DNA of 64,000 nucleotides from Takakia lepidozioides (GCA_030704615.1 CM060731.1:23498001-23562000), one strand, 5' to 3'. Shown: positions 25,101-39,198, numbered from the stretch's first letter. Notes: a model not told the origin generated them from the letters alone. Numbers and translations: made by a program.

Positions 25101-28100
25101 CTTCCCTGTAAGTCACCCACTCCACACTCAATCTATTCCCCTGCTTTTCTTTTCGTTCTTTTCTGACAAGGTATGCAATATCCTATGTCTCTCGCCTGAG
25201 TCACTCCCCTCTATCCCAGGAGGCAACAAGTGGAAATTACTACCCTCATCCGCTTACCCACTGCCTCCTTTTCACCTCTCCAAACTTCTAAATTTGCCTA
25301 CCACCCCCCAGCCCACCATAGTTTCCATTAAAACCTCCTTTCAAGATTCCAACAGATTTATCCTTCTTGACGACGCATGCAACCCTCTACCTAGTCCGCC
25401 AAGCACACAAGTCATATTCATCCACCTCAAGGACCCCATCCGTGTGGAACCCCCAAGGCTCCACTGGTGTCCCTCCCCAAAGCCCACAGACAAACGTACT
25501 AAATTTCGATTCTTTGCTTCACCCAGGCCATCAATTGAGTCTCATCCCCTCAGCCTGTCTCCATCCCGCGATGCAGGTTAGCATGTCTTCCTGGAACATT
25601 AGGGGCCTGGGTTTTGACCACATGGCCCTCAAAAAAGTCAGGCTCTCAGCCTGGCTAGCACCTCTCATCACTACTCAGGCTATTGTCTTTCTCCAAGAAC
25701 ACAAACTCTGTGACAGGAAAATTCTAAAGCTCACCAATCAGCTTTGGCCTAAAGCTTCGGCTCTGTGGAAACCCTCTATTGAAGGAACTAGAGAAGGGAC
25801 CGCAATCCTTCTGTCCCCTTCCATCCACCAATTTCTCATCAAAGATGAGATCTGGGAACCAGGGAGAGCACAATTATGCTCCCTAAGGTCCCCCAATGAC
25901 ACTGAGCGTACATGTTTTATCAACATTTATGCGCCAAACGATTCTTCTCTCAGAGCGGATCTCTGGGCCAAGATAAACCTCCGGATGGCGTTTCACAGTG
26001 ACATCTGCAGATGGATTGTGGCAGGTGATTTCAACATGGTAGAAAAGGAATCTGACAGGATGGGGAGTACTGCAACTCACCTAAGCCCTGAAGAAGACCT
26101 CTACTGGCAGTCTCTAATCCAGTCTCACAGCTTGGCAAAATTAGAAGGACCCCCCAACGACCCGTTGGGAGCTAACCCCTTCTTCACCTAGACCAACAAC
26201 AGAGATATTAATGATCTCTGCATGGCAAGGCTTGATAGATTCTACTCCTCTATTTCCCTTTCCCCGGCTACCCGATTATGCCCTCAGGATCCTATTCCCC
26301 AAGGTTTTGATCATGCACGAGTGTTTGCATCCCTCACTCTACCCAATTCCCACCCTAGAGGTAGAGGGATCTATAGCTCCCACCTTCGAATCTCTTCCTT
26401 CATTGATGGCCTTAAGACAGCCTGGCTCTCCGCTGCAAACCACAACCCTTGCCTGATCCAAAGATTCCAAGCCAAACTTGTTGCCACTTGCAAAGTCAGT
26501 CAAGACCTCAGCCGGGCCATTGCAGAGGCACAGAAGAGGAAAGCACGGGCCCTCCAAAAATGCCTGGGTATCTGCCAAAGGAGAATTGAATCTCAATCCT
26601 GCGACGCACACACGTTTCAGTCATACCTGGAAGCTCGACATAACCTGGACTGCTACCACATAGAGCAAGAAAACAAAATGAAAATGCAGGCAGGGATCAA
26701 TTGGTCAACCAAGGGTGAAAAAATGAACAAATACTTCTTCCAAAACGTGAAGCTCCGTAGATCCACTCAGCCTATCTCCCAGCTCTACACGGATCTCCCT
26801 GATAACACTTCTTCCAACCCCAGGCAAATGTGCGCGTCTGCTTTCAATCACTTCTCTTCCCTATTTCAGGCAGACTTAAAGGATCATGACTACCCAAACA
26901 GGCTTGCTGCTTGCCTTCAAACCATCCCCACAACTCTGAAGGCAGAGGAAGCGCTCGATCTAGAGGCTAGTATTAGAGGATGCCCTTAAAGCCCTGAACA
27001 ACAACAAAGCCCCTGGGATCGACGGTATGCCAGTAGAGTTCTTCAAATCTCTCTGATCGACCATCTCCAAGGACTTCTGCGAAATGGCCAATGGCATTAA
27101 GGCCCAAGGCTTTATGCCTGACTCCATGACTCAGGGGGTAATAACACTGCTATTCAAGAAAGGTGACAGAGCTAACCTTTCCAACTACAAGCCCATCACC
27201 TTGCTCAATGTCGCTTACAAAATCATTGCCAAGGCCCTCGAGCCCCTTCTCCCTTCAATGATCAGGTCTGGTCAGGTAGGCTATGTGAAGGGAAGATACA
27301 TCCACAACATCCTCATGGCTCAAGAGGCTAACCATTATGCAAGCAAATCTGGCCAGGCACTTGTCCTCTGGGTCCTGGATTTTGAAAATGCCTTCGACAA
27401 GGTAGATTGGTCTTTTCTCATGGCGGTCTTAAGGAAATCAGGCATCCCACTTGGCTTTCGCCAGTGGGTTCAGATTCTCCTTCAAGGAGCAACCAGCAGA
27501 GTCAGGATCAACGGGCATCTATCCAAGCCCTTCATGCTACAACGCTCGGTCAGACAGGGGTGCCCTCTGGCGCCCTTTCTCTTCCTTTTTGTAGCTGATA
27601 CCCTTGGTCACATGCTGGACAATAACACTCAAGTGAGAGGCCTCTACCTGCAGAACCCAAGAAATAACCACCACAAACAGGTTAAGGATTCCATGTTTGT
27701 AGATGACACATTTCTGCTGCTTCAAGCTGACGATCCTTCCCTATTTGCGACAGAAAATACACTCTCTCACTTCTACAGTGTCTCTGGATTTAGAGTTAAC
27801 TGGTCCAAAACCAAAGCCATGCTTCTCGGAGACATCTCTAAATCGGCCATAGGAGCCAACCCTACCTGGGGGCAACATCTAGGGCTTCAGTGGCTTAAAG
27901 AAGGTGAGCCCACCACGTTACTAGGGCACACTTTCAGTATCAACCTATCTGAAGAGCAGCGAATAGGACCCACAATTCAGAAGCTCAAACGCAACGTGGC
28001 CTATGGAGGTCCTGTCACTTATCTATCACTGGTAGGGCATTAGTTGCCAACCAAATCTTGCTGGTAGGGATCTGGTACTTTGCTTCAACTTGGAGTTATG

Positions 28101-30532
28101 GGTCGAAACTCATCAAGGAAATCAAAAGATTAATTAGGAACTTCATCTGGGGAGCGGAGACTTCCACCCAGAATAAAAGGCCCCAAGTATCCTGGGCCCA
28201 AATATGTCTTCCAAAAAAAATGGGAGGCCTAGGTGTTCTGGATCCAGAATTGCAAATCAAGGCTCTTTTAGGAAAATGGATCCCTAGATTCATAGGGCCG
28301 GAGGGAGGCTGGTGGAAGCTCATGGTCTCTTCCACCATTTCCTCCTCCTCTCCCTTGCAACGTGTCCTCTGGCCTACATCCAATCGCTGGCTGCTGCAAG
28401 GCTTCAACCACAAATCTCCAGGTTCCCCTCTTTGGTCTTCAATCTGGAAATCCTAGAATTCCCTCAGGCCATTCTTGAGGAAACAAGACCCTTCCACGTT
28501 CCAGGAAACACTAAGACAACACTTGTTCCCGAATGAACCGAACCCCTCTCTTCTGGAAATACAAGCAGCAAAGAAATGGGCAGCTTGGGAATCTAGGGGT
28601 ATCTCGACAGTCAAAAATCTATGGGTCAGCTCCCCCCAATCGCTACAGCAAGCTCTAGGGACCACCCGCCTTAGATCCGGGATTGCTCAAGTCATCCTCT
28701 CCATCCCAGACACCTGGAAATTGATTCTCAGAGCAGGGCAAGGTGATCTTCATCCTGGTCAATGGGTTATGCACAATCCTCCCTCTCTGCAAGTCTTCTA
28801 CGTTTCCGAGGTCTCTCAACAATGGTTCAAGGGTTTCTGCTTCACAGCGAATGACCTCTCAGGCCGTCTCTGTCTCTCCAGTCAGGACCTAGTCACAGTC
28901 CCTAATTTCAACACCACCCTGGTTCCTATTTGTCATTGGACCTCCCCATACAAAGTATTCAATCCTACTGCACCCAGAGGGATAAACACCCTTACTTGGC
29001 TTAGCAAGGGACCTTTCGTCTAATTTGGGAATTTTGGCATTTCTACCTTGCAACTTATTTTTTCGTTGCTTAGCATGCGAAGACCAAAATGGAAATGGGC
29101 TTTCCAGGGAGAGCTCCACCCCCTGTTCTCATACACTGCCAAGATGGGCTACAGAGCGATGCTCGGAGCAAGCCCTCGTATCTCAAAATGGGAAGGCAGA
29201 TGGGCTCATGAAAACTTCAATCAAGAGAACTGGAAGGGCATATGGGCAACCATCTGGGACAAGACAAAGCCAGCCAAAATTAGTGCATTCTTATGGCAAG
29301 TGGCAAACATGGTTCTCAAAGTGGGCCAGTTTCTGAACTACAAAGATGCGCTCTGTGTCACTGTTGCACAAACCAGACAATAGAAACACTGGAACATTGT
29401 CTTCTCTACTGTTTGGCACCAACAACCATCTGGCCAATGGTGCAAAGCTTCTATAGCTCTTGGGATGCATTTCACTTTGGATCCATGGCAATCTTACTTA
29501 ACTATTGCAAAAGCCAAAAATCCAAAGCCGCTGACTGCCCTGTCTTTGAGTCTCTTAGAAGCTCGGTACTTTGGAACATATGGAAATGTCGATGTGCCTG
29601 GGCAATCAACAATGAGAACACCTCTGCATCAGCAATATTATCTCTGGTTTTCTTTGATCTGTTGATTGCTGCTAAAAAAGCTTGGGCCTCACTGTGTGCA
29701 GAAGCTGCCAAGAAACCTCAGCGTCTGCCTACCCTCATCTCTGTCTTCCGCGCCAATTGGGGCAAGGATGGGATCCTTTGTCGCTGCTCTGATGACCTCA
29801 CCTGTGTATGGGCAGACAAACTCCCCTGTTGTTGGGAGGGACACAGAGGTCTCCTCTTCGGCCTCCCCGGAATTTGAAAGATCCGAAATCAACTGGAAAC
29901 ATGCCCGTTCGTCTTCTGCAATGCGGCTCCACTTCCATTGGTAGCTTCTCGATTCATTCTGCCTCGGCTGCCTCTCTCCACCCCCCTGATCAGCTCCACC
30001 GTCCGCCCCGTTCCACTTCACAATCTCCACAACGTTCCGTTTCGTGGCCTACCCTACCCTCTCGACTCCCTATCTATACTCAGTTTTTCCTTTATTTTAA
30101 CCCTAGTCAGGCACTTGTGCAAGGCTCTTTTTTTGGCTTGTTCTTCTTTGCATGCATAAGAGAGCAGTGTATGCGCTTTAGCACTGCTTGGTCTTGGACT
30201 GAAAGATTTACTGGCACTATCTAGTAGTCCCCCATTCGGCAGAACGACTCAGTCTTTGTCTTCTGTCACAGTTTTTCCAGGGGGTTCACACACCCTCCCC
30301 TGGGCTTGTAAAGCCAATTATTTTAGGCAGCACGCCGGTAGAGCACTCGTTCTTCTTACGGAATATCCGGGAAGCATCCTCATGACGAACTTCAGTTATC
30401 ATGCATGGCTCTCATGCGATATGCCTTATGGCAGCCTCAAGGGTTTTAATTTTTTTTCCCTTCAATAATTCAGCAATAAAGTTACCAAACAGGGCCATGT
30501 CCCCTGTTCTTATAAAAATAAAATAAAAATAA
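22160..30532 (+). mobile_element. Full-length L1/Tx1-like LINE (~8.4 kb), inactivated; TSD AAGTTGCT (22152-22159 / 30533-30540)
   Basis: ORF1 pieces with the zinc knuckle CYYCGKSGHLKAGC; endonuclease SWNIRGL..FLQEHK..NIYAPN..GDFN..RLDRFY; RT SVRQGCPLAPFLF..FVDD; C-terminal CHCC..EHC; A-rich tail at 30511-30532; multiple stops and frameshifts. Confidence 0.93.
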
Positions 30533-30801
30533 AAGTTGCTTTTTCAAATGTGCTTCGATCAACGGGGTTACACGGTAGTTAGATGAACAGTTGAGGATAT
30601 AGTGGCCCATTTGACCTCCGGTAAAAACTAAATACGTCTGTTGTGCACCTCTAATAAGGGAGGTCCTCTCTGTATACCCAAAGGTTTTGGGTCCTGGTAT
30701 ACATGGGTATTCTGGTGGACGATCCCACGTAGGTGAGGACTGCAGCTCGCAGGTGGGTTGGGTCGAGACAGCAGTGTCGCACAGGAAGGAAGGTTAAGAT
30801 C

Positions 30802-33800
30802 ATGAAGGTAATGTTACGTCTGCTTGGTTCCGCAAGTTACCGAAGGTTACTTGCCAAGTTTGCGAATGTGGGGTTTAAGAATTGTATATGCTGGTGAGAT
30901 AGGATTTTCGAGTTGCTTATGGCTTTAGATCTTGAACTGAGAAAACCCTCTGTGGACTACGAGTGTATTGTTTCGGTAGAATTTCTTATCATAGTCTTAT
31001 CAAATCACGAGCTCATTCCCTGCATCGAGGAGTTACACCTGAGTTAAAAGATCCAAGATTTGAACCATAGAAGTTTTGAGGCCAACTGTTCTTGGTTTGG
31101 AATTTAGGTCTGGGTTGATGATGGATCTGTCACAGATTGCAGTGGAAGGGTGTGCTCATGGTGATCTTGACAACATATATGCTACGCTACAGCACTTGGA
31201 GCGGATTGAGAAGATCAAGATTGACCTCCTCATTTGCTGTGGTGATTTCCAGGTCTGTCTGTCTTGTTGCAGCACGTACTAGAAGACCAATTCTGTCTGG
31301 CTCTCCCACAACTTTTTGTTTATGTTATGAGGGGCAGATATAGATTAGCCAGCATTGTTGCTTTTCTTTCCCTTTCATATATTTGGACCTCAATTAACAG
31401 CTCCTATACACAGAGACAGAGAGATATACTTGTGTTGTAAGCATTGGCTGTGAGTGGAGGCCTGCTCACTATGGGACACTAATCCTTACTGTGCCAGTCA
31501 TGGAGTCGACGAACTCCTTAGGAAAATCCAGTGGGAAATTGCTGTAGTGCTTGCGTACAGCTGACAAGAATCCAGTTAGAGGGGATTGAGTAGCCTGTTG
31601 TTTCTTACTTCATTTCGTAGCCAGGACTTTTGTTGATGCGGACACTGTTGATCTTTGTTCAGGCTTTGAGAAATGAGGATGATTTGGAGTCACTTGCATG
31701 TCCTGTCAAGTATCGCGCAATGGGCAGCTTCTGGAGGTACTACTCAGGCGAAGAGAAGGCCCCTGTCCCCACCCTCTTTATTGGAGGGAATCATGAGGCA
31801 TCCAACTATCTATGGGAATTGTAAGTAACAGTTAAACCATCCCCATCTGTGTATCTCACATCCATGAAGGGAATTGTGGAATGACCTTTGTAGCTCATCA
31901 ACAAGCTAAGCATGTACCCCACAAGTGTATTTAGCCCCATGACACTAGCATAATTCATTTTTATTGGAAAAGCCTTTGTGCTTGGAGTTGGAAACTAATC
32001 ATTTGACCATATGTATATCTAAGTTCCTCTACTTATGATTGGAGGAAGTATTTCCAAGCAGGCTGAAGCAAGCCTCTTTTTAAAAGAGCCCACCCCCGAA
32101 AGGGGGCAGTAGCCGCAAGGTGAAGTGGCTTTTTTTTTAACTCTTTTTCTTATCTCTCTCTCTGGAGGAAGTATTGGTTTGTCCAGTGTTGGTTCCTGAC
32201 CTTCAATTGTCAAATTGTTATTAACTGGATTGCATTGTAATTCTACCATGCACTAAGTGGGACGTTTTGAACTGGGTGCATGGGCTAGGTCAGATATTAC
32301 GGAGGGTTTGTAGCACCCAATATCTACTTTTTGGGCTTTGCTGGAGTTGTTCAGTTTGGAGGCGTACGCATTGCTGGATTGTCAGGCATTTTCAAGGACC
32401 ACGATTACAGAAAAGGCAGGTCAACAGTTTCACGGTATCAGCGTACTAGTAAAGGATGCTGGATCATCCCTTTCAGCAGCTCTTTGCTCCAGTTCCTTTC
32501 AAGATAGTGTTGTTAGCCTTGTAAGAAGCAGCAGCAAAATTCTACTCTGTTGCTCAGCTTTAGGTCCTTCGCTCGGTGTGTTGTTCTGGTTGTCGTTCTG
32601 TTCTAGTCATCTAGCCAACCAATTGAGCACTAGATTATGTCTTCCTTATTCTCTCTGCCACTGATACAGAGGTGTTGCCATTTTCTCAGCTCGTATCTAT
32701 CTCATTATTAGTGCCCCCCTCTTTGTTTGTCCCATTAATTATGTTTGTTGGGCCTCACTACTCTTTTGCCACCCAGTGGGCACTTCAAAGAGGACGGGAT
32801 GCTAAGTGTAATAAGGTCTCCCTGGTCTGTCGTTGAGTTCTGCAATTTGGAGGCCTTGGCTTGGACTCTACACGCTATAGTCGTTGGGTTGGCCACAGAG
32901 TCACCGTGCCTTTCACGTGCGCTAGTGTGGTCTGGGGGGGGGCATCGTCCACATTTGGGCAAGGCAATGAGAGGCAGACCCATCACTGTTGGATAGATGA
33001 CAATGGAAGGAATGTTCTTTCACTGCCATGTGAATTATATATTGAAAAGTCTGTTTTTGTTTCTCAAAGCAGGGCATTTTGAGCAGGCCCCATATAATGC
33101 CAGCGATATTCGATCCATCTATCACGTGAGGGAGTATGATGTGCTCAAGCTTTTGCAATTGGAAAATTCAGTGGATATCTTTCTCTCTCATGATTGGCCA
33201 CGTGGCATCACACAATATGGCAACGTTCAGCAATTACTGCAGCAGAAGCCTTATTTCCAAAAAGAGGTACTTGCTTTGTAAGGACATGTGTGCATTCGTT
33301 GTCTTTCCTTTTCCTTCCCCAGTTCCCCCTGAGTGGTCAATAAGTACATATGTTCCCAGGTCCGTCCTGAGAGGAGCTATTTCGTCAGTTGTATTGGCAT
33401 TCAGGATGTCTCCTAAATACTTGAATAGATTGGATAGCAGGGGTTAAAGATTCAATTGTACATGATGCTGGGGTTGACCTAAAGCAACAGCTCCCCTCAA
33501 ACCAGTCTGGCTTGTTGGTGGGGACTGAGAATGGTTTTTGCAGCTAGAACTCATCTGCTAAGAGTTTGACCCAGATTTGTACAATGGAGAAAGTTTCTAG
33601 TACATCTCTGGCAAGACCTTATAGGTTGTGAGATATACTTGAAAGTCATTTGTAAATTGAAATTTATTGCTGTTAGTTGGTTGCCTGTATTGGACTAGGT
33701 CAACCTTTAGCTTGTTACGCTGGCAGGTGGAGCAAAATGAGTTAGGGAGCAAGCCTGGTGAGCAGCTGCTGCAAAAATTGAAGCCCTCATATTGGTTCTC

Positions 33801-35529
33801 TGCTCATCTTCACGTCAAATTTGCAGCCCTCGTAAATCATGGGAACCGCGCCACTAAGTTTCTTGCTCTGGACAAGTGCCTCCCAAGCCGCAACTTTCTT
33901 CAGGTGTTACCTTGAATACCTTGCCTTGTCCGTTACATATGCAGCTATCTCAACTAGTATATTATTTTCATGGTGCTTTCTACAGTTTGCTCCGCAGAAA
34001 CTTCATCTTTCTTTCTCTCTTTTGGGTTCTCTTGCAATTCTTCTGTGTCCCATAGGTCCTCTGGATCTTCTGTGGATCGAAAAGATTTGTGTCCTCTTTG
34101 TCTCCTTCCCACCCCAATGCAGTCTATAATGGGCTTCTGACTTTAAATCGATCTTATTGGGTAGATGAGAAAGACTTATTGTTCCTTGGAAGTCCTTAAA
34201 AGTTTCTTTTCTAGCAGAGTCTGCCAACCTGTGCTAATTTTTTGACGCGTTGTCAGGTGATTGATGTACCAGCAGCTGCTAAATCACTGGAGTTCACATA
34301 TGATGAGGAATGGCTGGCCATCACCAGGGCATATCAGCCATTCTTACCCTTGAGCAGAAGGCCTGCTCAGTTGCCGTATGTTACAATCGCTTTGTCTGTT
34401 ATTTCTCATGGAGTTTACCTTCCTCATGTTCCTGAAGGATCCCCTACTTCAAGGTTACAATTGAGAGTCATGCACAAGCCCTCTATCAGTCCCAAACATC
34501 CTCAATTGCAAAGTCAACAAATGAGACTCTCCTCTAACTGAGTTGCATCAGAACAAGGCCAAAATGCTAAAGATGAGTTCAGTGCTTGGTGCTAGTTATT
34601 CTATGCTGTGCTTTTTCCTTGTATCCATCTTATTTGGGGAGAGGGTCGGGGGTGGGTTTTCACAATCTGAGAAACTTACGAATCTGGAGGGCAACTTGCA
34701 TTGCAGGAGGGAACCTGTGCATTTGGAGACACACCGGCAGTGGGTGCAGAAGCAGTTGGCAGAGATGGGAGCCTCTATTCCATCACAGTTTACCATGACA
34801 GTGCCACCCTACAATCCACACCAACCAAGACGCAGTGGTAGTCAGCCCCAAGGTTGGCCCTCTTATTTCTCTACGGTGTCACTTTTTCCATATTTGTTGC
34901 AGGGTGCAGCATTCGTAGGTCCCTAAAATAAGGCGAAAACCCTGTAAGGAATTGGACAAATGAGAATTGATTCCACATCAATGATGTTCTTTGAAGCAAA
35001 AGCAAATTGACCTTTGTGGGTCTTGAAACAGCGCACATCCGAAACCCTCAGACGCAGGCATTCTTGCAGTTGCTGGAGCTATCCTATCTGCTGGATCACT
35101 CTCATCCAGTCCCCAATCAAGCTGCCATGCAACCATCAGTAGGTACATCTGGTACATGCTGAACCCTTTCTGTTTGCCTGCAGTCGTATTCAGTTTAAAT
35201 AACCAACAACTGATCCATGAAGTTTATGGTCAGGTTATGATGAGTTTGCTGACTAGATTTTACGCTGAAATGCAAGTTGGAAGTGTATTCATTGTTTCAA
35301 ATTGTAAATTGGAGTTCCTAACTTTGCGGACTGGATTGGTGTAGGCCAATCCATGGCAGACCCTGATGAGATTACCCTCAATGATGAGGGTTCAGAAGAC
35401 GAAGCCAATGATGAACTCGTGCCTGATGATATCGATGAGCTGGAAGCTGCTGCCCATCTGGATTTGAAAGACCCTGACGAAATCCCACTGGCAGAAAATG
35501 ACGAGGACTGGGATAGTGCAAACTCTTGA
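30802..35529 (+). CDS. DBR1: Lariat debranching enzyme; exons 30802-30807, 31136-31252, 31663-31820, 32294-32415, 33073-33266, 33727-33903, 34257-34375, 34707-34852, 35032-35142, 35345-35529
   Basis: MK|[88 protein letters not shown] and acidic DPDEI repeats; splice phases are consistent. Confidence 0.96.
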
Positions 35530-36000
35530 TTTAAGAAGTTGGAGGTGAACTGGCTTAGCTTTAGAGAGTGAGTATACTGCAAACAATTTTGAGAAGCAGA
35601 GGGACACATGACAGAATGTAAGGATTGGTCTTTTGTTGCAAGATCGTCTTGCGATTGTTGAGAGGTCAGGGCAGGTGATGTGGAACAACACCTCTAGGGC
35701 TCAAAACAGTTCAATCTTAGGTTGTGCCAAGGACATTTTTTCAAAATGAAGAGAACTAGATCAACATTATTCTGCTGAGCTGTCAATTTGCATCTGTCGT
35801 CCCTCCTGGATGGGTCGGGAAAGATGGGTTGACGGAGTGTGTCTCTAAAAACATGTATGTTTGGATAAGACACCGACTTATGTTCTCCGCACATCTATTT
35901 GGTATGCATATATATAGTGGTTGTTACAACTTTGTCTGCATTATTAGTGAGTTGCAGTCTCCCAATATTCAGCAACATACTACAGGACTAAGTTCGTGTG

Positions 36001-36550
36001 TCAAAAACCCAGTTGCAAAGAATGCATGGAAATTGTAAATTCTGGTGTCCATAAACTCTGAGACATGATATTGGAGTAGAGAGATGTCCTATGTCCGACT
36101 GATACATAGGTCACAATTTTGTCTTCTAAAAGGGAGTACAGGCGTGACTCATTAGCAGCATCAAGAGCACTACTTGCCTCATCCAAAAAGGCCACTTTTG
36201 GCCGATGCAAAATAAGCCGAGCAAAAGCCATTCGCTGCTGTTCTCCGGAGCTCAACACATTGGACCAATCGCAGACTGCAGATAGCCCTCCAATGCGTGA
36301 GGTAAGGTCCTTCAATGACACCTCTTCCAAGACATTCAAGAGATCCGTGTCAGTCATGTTGTAATTTGATGGAGAATTCTCTGCTGATGGGAAAAGAAGC
36401 TGTTAGGTGAAGGAATCCGATGGGCTCCGCATGTTGCGGTGAGGAGCCCGTGGGACTTAGTTTTTTCATGGCTCCTCCAGCCACGGACTCTGTTTCTGAG
36501 CTGGATGCAAGCCTCTCAGTGAAGCCGCATCACTCTTTTATCTTCTCGAC
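36001..36550 (-). pseudogene. ABC transporter subfamily D (ABCD2-like) nucleotide-binding-domain fragment
   Basis: DWSNVLSSGEQQRMAFARLILHRPKVAFLDEASSALD..YVSVGHR; upstream *QLLFP has a stop; no Walker A; no introns in the fragment. Confidence 0.85.
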
Positions 36551-37579
36551 TGTTGCCCGGTGGAAGACAACCTGTGCATTTTCCCGTGGGTCATGAGTTC
36601 AAACCCCTGTGGTGCTGTCTCTCTGCCTTCTGGCTCTGGCTTGTGCTCTGTCTCTGTTTGCTGTTTATTCCCTCGTCAAGGCCCATTGTTTGCTTACGTT
36701 CACTGGACGTTAAAGAAAACTTATCTTTTATCTTATCTTTCACTGATTTTTCAGATGTGGTGGATACTGGCTTAGTCAAGCCCTATCACCCAACCTCTCT
36801 GGTCATTTGAGGTGGAGGCGGGTTAAGTGAAACCTCGTCACCCCTCACCCCTCACCCCCTGACCCCGCATGCTCTGGACAGGAATAGTTCGTAATTTAAT
36901 AAATATAATAATAATAATAATAATTATATTTATATGAAAAAATTGAAACCCATTTAGTAATATTAAAACACTATCTTATGTTCCTCATGAACTATGTTTG
37001 ATACATCTAGAGTATGTACTTGTTAGGTTTAATTTTTATTTTGTGTTTATGTTGGTTTTAAAAATACAATGATGACTACAATATATAGAAATATAATAGA
37101 AAAAACTTATAAATATTTTAAAAATTAACATTTGATATTATAATCTTTTTTTTCAAATTGTCATCCATACATTTGATTTGGATGAAGTTCATACATGTGT
37201 AACCTGATCTCCATATGAACTCCCTTGTTGTTTTGTGTTGTTTTGCTTCTCTCTTCTAAGTGTTTGTCATCTCAATGTTGGTTATTGTCCTATCCCAAAG
37301 CTAAGACCCTATTTTTGTTTTGTATGTTCTTTTGTCTCTTTGTTTAGTCTTCTGAATAACTCTCATTTCCTTCAATATCTGGGTATTCTTATTTGCATAT
37401 TCTATGTCAGTCCAGTCTCATAGCTACAAGCCTCATTTTGCTTTGGCTATTCCTCTTTGTTTTTGATATACATAGATATACTATTTCATCTCACGCCTTT
37501 ATCATTTTATCATACAATACCCTTGAACAAATAAGTAAGAGAATGTAGGGTTTAGGGTGTAGGGGTTTAGAAAATCAAT

Positions 37580-38473
37580 ATGGAAGATGAAGACGATCTT
37601 GCAAATGGTGCATTTATTTATCTCTCGGACTTTGAGGATGAGCTGGAATATGTCGCAAGTTTGGAGGAGACTTTTGAAGGTACACACATACGTGGTGAGA
37701 ATCTTTCACCTCCCCTTTTTGATGAAGCATATTAACTTTCAGATGTTGTGTCGTATATTGATGGTGGATTGGAGACAACACACGAATCCAAATTTGACGA
37801 GCACGAAGAGGCATATGGAACTTTCCATATTGACAATGATGTGGAACCATGTGCAATGGGTGACGACCCTTCTCTATGCACTTTCGGGAATATAGAGATA
37901 GAACGTTCTCCAAAATTTATTCAATTTACATCTGGAAGTAGGAGCCTCATGATTGAATGTTTAGAGGCAAATATTTTGCCAACATTTGCACGTATTCGTA
38001 AAGTTGATCCCGATTTCCGACCACCTACTCATAGTCATTCGACGTCCTATAGATGCAAATGATCCCATAGCTACTCTTGAAAGATGGAAAAATCTTCAAT
38101 GCAACTGTAAGGTGTATTATTTTGAAGGAGGTAAGAGTTTAATTCCGAGAACTGATGCAAAAAATAGGCAAGTCCCTTGCTTGGAAAATTGGGTGTCCAT
38201 CATTGCCGAAGCTCACGTTCAAAATGGTGACAATTACTTACCATTGTACAAAACGCTTGCTACGGTAAAGAGTACTTGGAGCACTGATGGTTGACAAGGT
38301 GGTATTCTACCATCATTTGTCAAACAATGTATTACATCATGTAATGTGTGTAACAAGTCGTTTAATTGGGATGAGGTTTACAATGTTTCCCAAGAGTCTT
38401 TGGAGATGACCCTTTATGAAATTTGCACGAAATATGGTGTGTTGAGACGTGTGAAGTATGCAAAGACACGTGA
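37580..38473 (+). pseudogene. Degraded ORF with an integrase-type H2C2-like zinc motif, probably transposase-derived, cut by the LTR insertion
   Basis: Acidic N-terminus, then IIAEAHVQ...KTLATVKSTW...GI..SFVKQCITSCNVC read across stops and frameshifts. Confidence 0.4.
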
Positions 38474-39198
38474 TGTCGCGGCCCTTTGCCTTGAGGGCAG
38501 GGGGTCACGACACAAGAGGGGCTGCCCCTGTGGTGGGGGCAATGGCAACAATAGGTATGGGGGCTGAAGCACCCTTGAGTGCCCAAGGCACTCAAGGAGG
38601 CGGAGGCGCTCACTAGGTGGAGCCCCGCACACCGGGTTGCGGTGGGGGTGGTTCCACGAGGGGTGGTGGTAGCTTCGTGGGTCTTAGTGGGGGTGGCATA
38701 GGACTCATCATGGGGCGGAGACCTTGTGATGGAAGTCGTGGGGAGTCTTGGGACTCATCACGGTCCAATGGAGCAGTGGTGGGTAGGCCAAGACTCACTG
38801 CGACTCATCACCGGGAATTGAGGGTCTTCGTGGTGGTTTGCCATAAAATGACTGGGTTGTTTGTGAAACCCCCACGAACAGTCACAGAAATATATATAGG
38901 GAGTAGTAACCCCGAGAACGGAGCAAGCCCGTTGGTGACCAAAAACTAGTGAGTAAACGTGCGAGCCAGAAAGCGACCAAGGTGTGGGGAGCTGTTCCGG
39001 ACTGCCAACGACCAAAGGGAATTTCCACTAGGCCCAAAATGAGAGAGGGTCTTGTGGAGAAGCAAAGGGGGACCATTATGTCCCGGTGAGCAGCCGAAGC
39101 TCCGAGTTGGCCCGACGGTCAGTTTGGGAGTTAGGCGCGCACATCAAAGCGAGTAATTATGACTTGAAGGGGAGCTTACCAAAGTGAGGTATGTAACA
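38474..39198 (+). repeat. 5' LTR (725 bp, TG...CA)
   Basis: Highly similar to 47041-47766 and to 46848-47040 plus 47772-48125. Confidence 0.92.
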
